Shown: positions 24,430 through 36,150 of the stretch, one piece after another | How positions within the stretch are numbered: position 1 is the first letter of the stretch | How the letters are laid out: every line of letters starts with the position of its first letter | From: Camelus dromedarius | Taxonomy: Eukaryota | Length of the DNA: 64,000 bases | Reading direction: 5' to 3' | NCBI RefSeq assembly: GCF_036321535.1 | Contig: NC_087447.1 | Span: 36,520,001-36,584,000, forward strand | Notes under the pieces: generated by a model | The model's input: the letters and a program-made list of their open reading frames with translations, nothing else | Databases searched by the model: none | What the model was told of the DNA's origin: nothing | Translations under genes and position numbers: made by a program

Positions 24430-26940
24430 AATTCATTTTTTCCCATAATGTTCAGCATTATAGAAATTTAGAAAAATACAAGAGGAAAGAAAAGAAAGAA
24501 TTTATCCCTAGTCCCATACCCATTGGCAGCCCTTGTTAACAGCTTAATGGTTTCTCCCAGTTGTTTTCTTAAGCATTGGCTTTATTTTTTTAGAAGTATG
24601 TAAATATAATTTTTATCCCTTTTTTGCTTCACATTATGACATAAATGTTTTTCTATGCTATTACCCAGTATTCTAAATAAGAATTTTAATAACCACATAA
24701 TGTTATGCCTAGTGAGTAGACTATATTTTAATTAAACTTTCCCTTACTTTTAGATATAGGTTGCTTTAAATTATTGTTATTGTTATTGCCATTTTCTCTC
24801 TTTTACTCTTTTGCATTTTAAATTATGAAAGTAATATTGCTCATGTCCAAAATCAAATATGGAAACATGTGAAGTGAAGAGTCAATACTTTGTTCCACTA
24901 TGAAGAGTTTTCTGGGTATTCTTTTATACTTTTTCTATGCTTATGTAAACACATTTATATCTATCCTTATTTTACAGAAATAGGATCTATAACCAGCCTC
25001 TCTGGCTTTACTCTTTTAAATAATTATGGAATAAATATATTTGTGTAAAAGTTATTTTTGTGTTTATGACTTTTTCCTTAAGCTAGATTTATAGCAGTGG
25101 AGCTGGGTTAAACTGATGGACATTTTGAAGACTCTTACTAAGTGCGTCAACGTAAAACACTGCTGTTTTAGGAAGAGTATGCTAATATCACCAAATACTA
25201 GATCATGCTATTGTTATGGATATAACATATTTACATAGATTATTTGTGCATGTGTAATATGTATATTTACACACACTGAATTTGTTTAACCAGGGTGGAT
25301 CTAGTCATTTTCCTCCTACAGTAGATTTAAACCTAACATTTTAGATTTAGCATTGTTATTCTTATTGATATTAGTCAGGATTATCCTTTTCAATATCTTT
25401 TTTGGGGTTATAGTTTGTTATAAAAAAGTTGTGTTTGAACCTTAATTAAACCTTTACCTATTTTTAAATTTAATTAAAAATAAATATCCTTTTTGTTCTG
25501 ATGATACAAGAAATGAATGTCAGTGCACTTAAAAAATTCAGACAATAAGGAAATGAGTAGAGAAAAAAGAAAATTTCAGTGATAATATCAGCACTCATTA
25601 ATAACTTTTGCTGTATATCCTTTCTCTTTCTATTTATGCATTATATACATAGATATAGATAGCAACACTCATAAACAGAATATTGCTATATATCCTTTTT
25701 TGTGTTCATATGCATACATACCTATATAATAGTTTATATGTTTTTATTCAATTGGAATAAGTACATATGCTTCTTTAGCGTTTTTTCCCCTCAGTAACAA
25801 TATGCTGTGGGTATCTTTCTTCTTGAGAATTATGGATATATGTCACAATTATAATGACTTAATTGTAGTCTTTTTATGGTTATACCCTGTTTATTCCAAT
25901 GTTGATGAATAATTGGTTGTTTCCAGCTATTTGCTGTTATAAATAAGACTTCAGTGAATATTTTTATATGTGTGCTCTTTACCCACTTGTCCAATAATTT
26001 CCTTAGGATAAAATAGAAGTCAAATTTTTGTATCAAAGGACATGTACATTTAAAATTGGAATGTATTAGAAAGAGTATCTTTTACTTTTTCTTATGCTCT
26101 TTCATATTGTTTAAATTTTTTCTGTAAATGATACAAGGAATGCAGAATTGTCAAACTGCCCTCCAGAAAAGTTGTGCTATATTACATTCTCACCAGTGAA
26201 TGAGAATGCCCAGTTTCTTATGCTCATAAACATTCATATTAACAATATCTTAAATCTTTCTTATCTTGTATTGAAATATGATTTGTTATATTACTTAGCA
26301 TTTTAAAAATTAATTGTGATATTTAATACATTTTTAAAGCTTATTTTCTTTTCCTATTTTCTCATTTGTAAATATTCCATTTATTTTTGTGACCTATTTT
26401 TGTATTTTTTTTCTTATTGATTTGTTGTTCCCTTTTGCCTTATGATACCAAAAATAGACTTTTTTTTTTTCTGGTTTGTGGTTTATTTTTTAACTTTGTT
26501 AATGGCCTCTTTTTTATATAGAAGTTTAACATTTTTAATACAGTCCATTTTATTAATCTTTTTCTTGTTTTAATGTCATGCTTAGAAAGATCTTTCTTAT
26601 CTAAAGATTATAAATATAGTCATTTAGATTTTCTTGAGGATTCTCTATGTTTTTAGTTTTTACATTTAAAAAATCTATCTGGAATTTGCTTTAGCGTAAA
26701 GTGGAGGTAGAGATTCAGTGTTAGTTTTCCAAATATCTACCCATTCCCAGCATCATTTGTTGAATAGTTTATCATTTGTCCACTGATTTGAAGTCACTTA
26801 TATCATAGACTAAATTCTTCTATAAATTGTCATCTGTCTCTAGATTTTTTTGCTGTTCATTGATCTATTATTCCTATACCAATAATATACTGTTTTAATT
26901 TTTGTACTTTTACATTACGCATTTTAAGCCTAAAATTTTA
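24430..26940 (-). mobile_element. Old L1ME fragments
   Basis: 'ttggttgtttccagctatttgctgttataaataa', 'tgtcaaactgccctccagaaaagttgtgc', 'tcccagcatcatttgttgaatag'; ORF 25830-26036 'FITANSWKQP' resembles the L1 ORF2 C-terminus. Confidence 0.7.
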
Positions 26941-27384
26941 GATTATTTTGTTCTTGGAAATAAATTAAATTTGCATATTTAATTTTGAAACCACCTTAAA
27001 TTTAATTTATTTAATATATAAAATAACCTCCTTGATCTTAAGAATATTGCTGTTTAAGTTTTGGAAGTTTGTTTATTACATATGTGATCTACATGGTGAA
27101 TATTTTCATTTTTTTTAGAAGAAAGACTCCTCTGTCCAGTAAGATTGTCCTGGAAAACTACTCTGAAGTAGAGAGTGCAAGAAGGAGGCTTTGAGTTATA
27201 GGCTGATGTGTGGACTTGGCATGGTGCCTGTCCCATAGAAATATGGTGGCTGAAGAGCAGGAGTAGGATCAGTGTACAGAAATGGTGAGATTTAGAATTT
27301 CTTAAAAGAAGCTCTTTCAGCTTCAGAATCAGTAGGCCTTGAAAAATGTAAGATTTGAAATATTAAGGAATGCTACTTAATGAA

Positions 27385-27580
27385 ATATGGAAAATACACT
27401 AGCTTTGAAACCAGAGATTGTGAATTTGAGTGCCAACCCCTGCCACTTACTACCTATGTAAATATTTAATCCCATTGAATTTCAGTTTTCTTTTTTTAAA
27501 TGAGGGTAGTAATCCCATCATAAAGTAATTATGAAGAGTTAATGAGAAAATAAATATCAGCCTATTGCTTAATAATGCCT
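27385..27580 (+). mobile_element. MIR SINE
   Basis: 'gctttgaaaccagag...ctgccacttactacctatg...ttcagttttc...aaatgagggtagtaat'. Confidence 0.7.
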
Positions 27581-27805
27581 AGTCATCTCCTCCTCCTCCT
27601 CCTTCTCCTCTTTCTTCTGTTGAGTATTCTGCAGAAACAGCACTGATAAGGATGAAATTTAGGGCTGGGATTAGAGTAGTGGAGAACCCTGTGCTTTTCT
27701 TTCATCTCCTCACATTAAAAAAGGCAATGGTTTTTGTCCCAGTGGTGGCATGAGAGCAGTAATGAAGGGAAATGAGAATTATGAGTGTAGGGTATTTTTC
27801 CTAAG

Positions 27806-27812
<7 letters not shown>

Positions 27813-27836
<24 letters not shown>
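27813..27836. repeat. (AC)12 microsatellite
   Basis: Directly visible. Confidence 0.95.
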
Positions 27837-29636
27837 TCCCATCAATCTCACTGTGAATCAGAAAAAAGAAAAAGTGAAATTAGAAAGCTTCCAAGGAGAA
27901 GATGTAGAAATTGGTGGTTGACTGCAGTTGGGGGAAATGGGAAGGTGCTGGCACCAGAGAAATATATTTCACCCCGGATATTTATCCCCTTTCCATTTTA
28001 CAAAATGTCTTTTGTCAAAAGTAATGAAACTGACATATTATGAGAGAAGTGAATACTGAGTATCCCATTTTACAGATGAAGTAACAGGAGACATTTATAT
28101 TCCTCATAGAATGGACATGAGCCCAGTAATTGGAAACTGAGTAAAATGAAAGCTCTGTCACTAACTTGTCATGTGAGTTATGTGTCTGTAAACTTGAGTG
28201 CATCTCATCCTGCTACCCCAGATATTTTTCACTTAGGAAGTGAGACAGTCTCTGAGAGATGCCAGGCCAGATCTTATCTGGACTTTACAGTGAAATCTTT
28301 GAATATTTATGAAGGGTATACATTAAAAAGATAAGCAGAATCTCTCTACATGAGTCTCTTCGTTTGTTTCTGTGTTTTTGAGAGTGAGCAAAAGACTTAA
28401 TTAGGTCTGAGAAGGACTAATCCATAGCGTATGACTGAGCTCCCTGTGGATATGCAGTGTGTAGTTACTAGGTGTGATGATGGGGTAGCATTGCCAAGGT
28501 CATGTACCCTTAAGACATTCTTCAAAAAGTGGGTGGTTATATTAGCCACTAGATGATCTGTGTAAGTTGTGACTTTGGCACATTTCAATGGAATCTCAGG
28601 GAAAAAGCAAAAAGGGAAATACACTTATAGAAGACATATCCCATTTAGGAAGCATTTTCTTATCTCTAATCCTCACAAAAATCTTGGGCGATAAATGGCA
28701 ACATCTCCATTTTCTATGCATAATTTTTATTTCAGAAAATGAGATTGCATAGTTTAATAATGTTTTCTTTACTTAACGTATCTCACACAAAGCTGTAATT
28801 ATTTTTCTCCTTTACTACTTTGTGAACTTCCTTGAATCACCAAGTCTATTTCATTCACTTTTGTTTTTCTAGTACTTAACACAGTACTGGCACAGAACAA
28901 ACATAAATGATAGTAACTATGATTTACTTTAGGAATTAGGACCCTTAGATAATTAGCCCATAGTCACCAAATCTTTATTTTTCTCTTCTACTTTTAGCAT
29001 CTCTTTACCTTTCAATTTGTATCACGAGTTGAGAAATGCTTAAAAAATATAAAGTGCAGCATACCTGCTATGTAGCAAGTTCAGACTGTGCTGACTCTGC
29101 ATTCACAGAAATTGTTCTGGTCTGAATCCAGTTGATAATGCAGCTGTTATTTTTATAATCTCATCCTAAGTACATATTTGCACAACAGGCAGTGTCAATT
29201 CATATAAGTAACTTGGTGTTGTTTGCCTGATACTTTAAATTACAGAGCTCCATTACCAAAGTCATTATTTGTGGTTAAGAGGGAGTGGTACGGAGAGTGG
29301 TAACAAGAAGAGTTTCTTAAAATGAGTATCAAAATGGACCCTTTATAGATGTCTTTAAATTTATCTTTATTTAACTATCTAGAATGAGTATAAAGAACAG
29401 CCCTGCCTCATTTTTCTGTGAATTTACCATATAGGAAATAGTGGCCTGATTATAAAAAATTACAGTCATAAAAAACTAGTACTTATTTACAAACTTTTGG
29501 TTAAATGATTGCTTTTAAAATGTTATGCCACTTTATTTTGTGAGCTGGATTCAGGGAGAGAAAACTCATCAGGGATGGAATCCTCTACTCTTTCTGGATA
29601 TGATAATGCACCTGCAAATGCTGAGACTACTCTGAC

Positions 29637-29736
29637 TATAATATTTATCTTACAATGAATCCAAATTGTAAGATAAATATTATAATTTGTAATAAGATAA
29701 ATATTATAAGATAAATAAATAATAAGATAAATATTA
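29637..29736. repeat. Perfect 20-bp inverted repeat followed by tandem copies of taagataaata
   Basis: tataatatttatcttacaat (29637-29656) / attgtaagataaatattata (29665-29684); further copies at 29693, 29707 and 29723. Confidence 0.9.
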
Positions 29737-30086
29737 AAATTGTCAGTTACTGGAGATTTGGGATTGTGCTTTATTGTTCTGTATCCCCAGAGATTCTAAC
29801 TCATGCTATGCATCCTATGGGCTCTCTGTGGAGAATTGCATGCATCGTTATCAAATGAAAAAAAAACCCTGCAATAACTAAAACTTAATTTTTAAGTTAA
29901 ATTCCATGCCTAGTTTCTGATTCATCCTTACGTTTAAGAAAACATTTTATTAAAAAAATAAGAAATCCAAAAACATTGAGAATCTTTTTAGTAAGGTAAA
30001 AATATTTTGTAGAGTTATAAAATTTTTGTTTTTGCACAAAAGTTTTTGTGAGCTTACCCTCATTTAACATGGTTGCCCTTTAGGCC

Positions 30087-30291
30087 AGCAGTTATTGAAT
30101 TTTAGTGTGCATAGGAATCACCTGGGGGCTATGCTTTAAAATAGACCCCTAGGCCATACTTTTAGAATTACAGAGTCAATAGGTCTGGGTAGGGACTGGG
30201 GCCCAACAATCTTTAAAAAAAAATTTTTTTTTTATAAGGACCCCAGTACTTCTGAAGCATGGGGTCTGAAGATTATGTTTTGATGATCACT
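30087..30291. mobile_element. MER5-family hAT-Charlie MITE
   Basis: 'gtgcataggaatcacctggggg...gtcaataggtctgggtagggactggggccc'. Confidence 0.7.
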
Positions 30292-31131
30292 TTTTCTTCA
30301 GTCCTGCTCACACAAGACCTTCTCTGACATTTTTTACTAAGCCGATATCGTATATGTCTGAAATCAGACAGGCTGCAAAAAAAAAAGCATATTAAAAACA
30401 CAATAATAGGTTTATTTCAAAGGATTCTATTTTGCTAAGAAAACAGGGGACATGAAGGAAGGGATAAAAGAGAACAATTTATTCAGTGAAAAGTTACAAA
30501 ATATTTTCCAAGTTTTTTTTTTTGACCTGCCAAATTTTTGTTTGATTCTGATCAAGTGGAAAAGCTGCCTTATGTTGTGTTTATGAAGTATATAGAATTT
30601 TTCTGTAGCCAAGACCTCAAGATGAAAGACTTTTGGTGATGAATTCACACGGTAATTCTGTAAATAGCTTTGGAAGTTTGTGGTCCATATTTTGGTTTTG
30701 GTTCATGGCAATAAGCTGCCTTTGTAAAGTGGGAGACATGCTGCCTTCTTCTAAATAATCTCATTCATTTTTCATGTAGATACTATTTTTATACTGACCA
30801 TTCTGTTCACAGACAGATCTCTTAAAGTGTTATTTCAGAGGGTAATAAAGTGTTAGCAGTTGTGAAAATGTGTCAAACTTAGGCAATTCTATCTCTGATT
30901 TACTATTCTGCTGCCCATGTTGGCAGGGGAGAAATGGCAGGTCTAGGAAATGTAACATTAATTCCTCCTCTTCTGACCCAGAAATACCTTGATCTTGACC
31001 ATCTATAATGTGTTAAAGTACTTAGGAAATGTTATATTAAAGTGTAAGAGTATACTTCCCAGTGGATGTGGATAAAATATAAAATTGTAGAATGTTAAAG
31101 TGGTAGTGACTTTAGAGGAGATCTGCTGTAG

Positions 31132-31317
31132 CAGTTCTTGAACACCATCTACAGCCAGGCAGGTTTTAACAATCACTTCTGGAGCTTTTAAAAACCTGGA
31201 AACTCCTGGCCCACTCAAGGAGATTCCAGTTTAGTAGGTTTGGGGTGGGGCCTAGATATTTAAATTTTATAAAAGCTTTCCAGGTGATTATATAATCAGT
31301 TAAGTTTTGGTACAACT
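31132..31317. mobile_element. MER5-family hAT-Charlie MITE
   Basis: 'ggagattccagtttagtaggtttggggtggggcctag...aaaagctttccaggtgatt'. Confidence 0.7.
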
Positions 31318-31334
31318 TTAAAATTAGTGTAAGA

Positions 31335-31510
31335 ATTCTTTCTACAGCATCCCTGGCAAACAGTCATCCAGCCTTAACTCTGACAACTCCAGGAATATAT
31401 CTCTATTTTGTGAGGCAGCTTATTCTATTGCTTTAAAGATTTGTCTGGACTGAGCTAAAAATCCACCACCTTGTAATTCCCACCCACTAGTGTTGTTCTT
31501 TCTTTTGGAA
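31335..31510 (-). mobile_element. L3/CR1 LINE fragment (probably continues at ~33170-33270)
   Basis: 'tctacagcatccctggcaaacagtcatccagcct', 'gtaattcccacccactagt'; downstream 'ccaatgtcccttctaaactgtggacctcaatactgaa'. Confidence 0.6.
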
Positions 31511-31640
31511 AGAAGAAAGAGAAACTAACTTTCAATCAGTATTTACCATATTACACTCACTGTGCTATCTTTCCTTTGTTGTCTTGAAGATATTAAATGA
31601 GATACTTCCCTTAGCTGCAAAATGGATTATCAGAGTAGAT

Positions 31641-33082
31641 AAGCAGCTATCAAAATGTGGTCTATGGACACATAGGGACCCCTGAGACCCTTTCAAGGGG
31701 TCTAAAAAGTCAAAACTATTTTCAACATAATACTATGATGCTATTTGCCTTTTTCACTGTGTTGACATTTACACTGAGGATGCAAAGTGATTTTAGGCAG
31801 AACTGTTGGTGCCTTAGCACAGATCAAGGCAGAGGCACCAAATTATGTTAGTAGTCATTGAATTTTTTAAAATCATGGCCACTCACAGAAAAAAAAACAC
31901 CCTAGTTTTGATTAAGAATGTTGTAGATAAAGCAGTATAAATTGTTGATTTTATTAATTCTTGATGCTTAAGTACATTTTTTTAATACTCTGTGATGAAC
32001 TGGGAAGTATGCATAAAGCACTTATGCTCCCCATCCAAGTACTGAAGTTATTGTGAGGAAAATCACTTGTAAGATTGAGTTGCAAGCTGAACTAACTGCT
32101 TTTTTTAATAAAACATAATTTTTACTTGAAAGTATGACTAACAGACACACAGTGGTTATTCAGACTTGGATATTTGGCAGATATATTCTCAAAAATGAGC
32201 AAAATGAGCCTACCATTTTAAGAAAAGCAACTGACACTATTTGTTATCAATAATAAAATTTGAGCTTTCAAAAGAAAATTAGTTGTTTGGAAAACTTGTA
32301 GCCACAACCATCAGCTTGATGCTTTCCAATATTTAAAAACTTTTCTGCTAAGTTTGGTGGTGATATTAACAAATGTGATTTTTAAAAATGTTGAACAATG
32401 AAATGTCAATGTTTTGAAGATCTGCACAACTTAGTGAACTAATGTTTTCCAAATGAACCAATGCATGATGTTGCACAATCATGCATAAGTAAAAGATACA
32501 TTTAAAGACATGGTTTTTAAAGTAACAGAATATAAAAAGTTCATTGATAACAGGTTTTGGATTCAATATTACAGTGAACCTTTTAGAAACTATGACTTGC
32601 CAAATTTTGATATAGTATTAAAGAAGAATAGCTACAATTATTTTGAAAGGCTATTAAAACACTCTGCCTCTTTCCAACTTCATATATATGTGAAGATGGA
32701 TATTTTTCACATACTTTCAGCAAACCAACATATCACAGCAGATTGAATGCAGTAGCACCTAAGAGAATCCAACTGTCTTTTCTTGAACTAGGCATTTGAG
32801 ATATTGAAAAATGCAAAACAATGCCAGTCTTCTAATCTTTTTGTTTTGGAAAATATGCTTATATTTTAAAATCATGTTATTTATGTTGCCATGTAATAGG
32901 TTTATCACTAAATGATTGTTATTTAATCATTTATTTTATTTTAAATGAATTAATAATGAAAATTTTCTCAGCTTTAGTTTCAAATATAATAACTTGATAA
33001 ATATAACTGTAGCTCTTTGAGACTCTGAATAAGTTTTTAAAATGTAAAGGAGTCCTGAGACCAAAGAGTTTGAGGACCTCTG
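31641..33082 (+). mobile_element. Full-length Charlie1a-like hAT DNA transposon (~1.44 kb, internally deleted non-autonomous derivative)
   Basis: 5' 'caaaatgtggtc...cctgagaccctttcaaggggtc...gtcaaaactattttc'; 3' 'gtaaaggagtcctgagaccaaagagtttgaggacctctg'; decayed 8-bp TSD gagtagat / gactcgac. Confidence 0.85.
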
Positions 33083-33559
33083 GACTCGACGATCTCCAAA
33101 GTTCATTCCAACTAACTATCTTTAGAACATACAACCATTCTAATATAAAATGTTTCCTCTAAAATTTTTAAGCCATTCTCCTCTGTATGCTTGCCAATGT
33201 CCCTTCTAAACTGTGGACCTCAATACTGAAATTATATTGAAAATGTAGATTAAGCTGCATAGAATACATAGATAGGTGACTAGGAGTAGGCTTCAGTGAT
33301 AACTATCGTTGGAGATTTTTAAGATTAGGGGAAGTTCTTATTTCTATGAGAAAATAGGTTCTTGTTCCAGGAAAGCAGAATGTTGCACTAAGTAGCATCT
33401 AAGTTACCTTCCTTGATACATCAGAAATACTCTTCTTTTGCCTTAGGAGATATAAATATCAGTAAGTAAAACCTCATTTTCCCATTTACTATTGTGATAC
33501 TCTTAATCGTTAGCAATTGCATTTTTAAAAATTTGGGCATTAAATTAGTATCAGTTTCC

Positions 33560-34214
33560 TTTTTTACTGAAGTATAATCAGTTACAATGTGTCGATTTCT
33601 GGTGTACAGCATAATGTCCCAGTCACGCATATATATACATATATTTGTTTTCATATTCTTTTTCATTAAAAGTTATTATAAGATATTGAATATAGTTCCC
33701 TGTGCTATACAGAAGAAATTTGTTTTCTTAAATTAATTTATATATATAGTGGTTAACCTTTGCAAATCTCAAACTCCAAAATTTGTCCCTTCCCACCCCC
33801 TTTCCCCTAGTAACCATAAGATTGCTTACTATGTTTGTGAGTCTGTTTCTGTTTTGTAGATGAGTTCATTAGTGTCCTTTTTCTTTTCTTTTCTTTTCTT
33901 TTTTTAAAATTCCACATATGAGTGATATCATATGGTATTTTTCTTTCTCTTTCTGGCTCACTTCACTTAGAATGACAATCTCCAGGTCCATCCATATTGC
34001 TGCAAATGGCATTATTTTTTCTTTTTTATAACTGAGTAGTATTCCATTGTATAAATATACCACAACTTCTTTACCAGTCATCTCTCAGTGGACATTTAGG
34101 TTGCTTCCATGTCTTGGCTATTGTAAATAGTGCTGCTGTGAACATTGGGTTGCATGTATCTTTTTGAATTAGAGTTCCCTCTGGATATATGCCCAGGAAT
34201 GGGATTGCTGGATC
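33560..34214 (-). mobile_element. Young 5'-truncated L1 (camelid-type) containing the ORF2 C-terminus
   Basis: Minus ORFs 'DPAIPFLGIYP...MFTAALFTIAKTWKQPKCP' and 'MPFAAIWMDLEIVILSEVSQKEKEKYHMISLICGI' are L1 ORF2p C-terminal sequence, split by a frameshift. Confidence 0.93.
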
Positions 34215-35269
34215 TTTGCAAGATGAATTTCGCATTTCATTTTTTATATTCATTCAAATTCTACATAATTTAGTATGTTTATTAAGAGAAAAAGAAAAGC
34301 TAAGAATGATAGAGTTAAAAAACACGGCTTCAGCCTAGCAATGCTATACACAGCAAAAGATAATAGTGAGGAGGGTTTTGCGTTTTTTTAAAATTGATGC
34401 AACCTGGAGGAGAATAGTAATTTTAATGTAAAATGACATTTCCAGGAAAACCTATTTGAATTTGCACACATAATATTTTTAAATGTCTCTCTAATTTTTA
34501 TTTTGGTGTATAAAAGACAAGGCATTGATATATTGATGTATTTCAAGTTAGTTGAGAAAGTAAATGTTTTAAAGTAGTTTGTTTTAACTTCAGTGGCTCA
34601 TTATGTATAATATTATTAAATCAATGAATCAGTCTTTGACTTGAGTTTTAAACATGTGGTGTTATAGTTTAATGTAAAGGTGGCAAAATTTTGTTACAGG
34701 TGTTTTTGGAAGCACTCTGGTACGTTAAAAAAATGCCTTTGCTTATTGACTCTCAGAGTTGGAAGGTCATTTAATTCAACCACAGTTGATGCTTGACCCT
34801 TCTTGCTAAAAAAAAAAAAAGGAGTTCTGTGTTTAAAAAAAGAAAAATGGGTGTGGCTTAAAGATAGCTTTAAGCAGGATTTAAAAATGTAGCTTGAAAG
34901 CTTTTAAAGTCCTATTATACAGGGAGGTGGCAGTGTTTTTATTTGCTGTTTACCTTTGATCTATTACCTATTTTTGGTAGAGTGGGACATGCTTTGTGAA
35001 AATGTTTATGGTTTCTTCATTTGATGTCAAGATATTTGTTTGAAGTTGCCTTATAATTCAGAGGTTTTTCTTTTAGTGGCTAATATTACTGTTTGGCTTT
35101 TGCTGCTAGATTAATAGCAAATTAGCCTGGATTTGGTGACTACTTTAGAATATGTAAATGATATACTGGCTTTTAGAAATAGTTTTATTGTTTTGGAACA
35201 AATTGGACCTGTTAAGCATAACAAATCTAAATAATACCAACTCATAAGAATAAAAAAAAGTGTATCTCA

Positions 35270-35910
35270 TTCAGTGTTAATATTTTTGTTAAATTGTACT
35301 TTGTGTTTGTGTGTGTGTGTATGTGTACACATTTGATTTTATATAAGCTGGTTCTTATACATGTATTCTTTGTTCAGTGATATTTTGTGGCCATCTTTTT
35401 ATGTCAATAAAAATAGATTTATATCATAATTTTTAGTGACTACAGGGTAGTGTTATATATATGTACCATAATTTACTTTTGCAGTTAGTAGGTTATTTCT
35501 AATTTGGGGCTGTTATAAAAAATCTGTAATGAACATGTGTATTACATGTATATATCTTTTAAACATTTTTGTGATTAGTTCCTTAGGATAATTTTTGGAA
35601 GTAGTGTTTAAAACTCAAAGGATATTGATATTAAAAATTTTAACACTTTATGTCAGATTACCAGAAAAGTTATATCCAATTTATAATCCCATGAATGGTA
35701 CATGAAACTGTTTATTTTTCTACATCCTCCAAATACTAGTTTTTGTCCAGTTTACAAAATATTTTAAAAATATTATAGCTGAAAATATTTTATTTACATT
35801 TATTTGATTATTAGGGAGACTGTACATATTTTTATTATTGGGCATTTGTATTTCTTCATTTGCACATTTCCTCTTTTTATTCTTTGTGCATTTTTATTTT
35901 GAAGTATTTG
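35270..35910 (-). mobile_element. Old L1ME 3' fragment
   Basis: 'atgtaccataatttac', 'ttccttaggataatttttggaagtag', 'ttattgggcatttgtatttcttc'. Confidence 0.65.
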
Positions 35911-36079
35911 CAGCAATGTACTTTTTATTTAGTAAACTAAGAATGTGCAAAAGATTTGATGACTAAATAATATGGAGGATGTCATTATCATGGTCAGATA
36001 TAACAGTCTGTTGTCCAACTTGGATTATTGCTTGTTTGAAAAATCTTTGAGTGGAAAGGCCATGATTAAAAAAAATATT

Positions 36080-36150
36080 GATTTTAAAATTGAGATATAA
36101 TTGACACTAAACATTATATTAGTTTTAAGTGTACAACATAATGATTTTAT
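36080..36150 (-). mobile_element. Short L1 3'-terminal fragment
   Basis: 'ttttaaaattgagatataattgacac...agttttaagtgtacaacataatgatt'. Confidence 0.6.
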
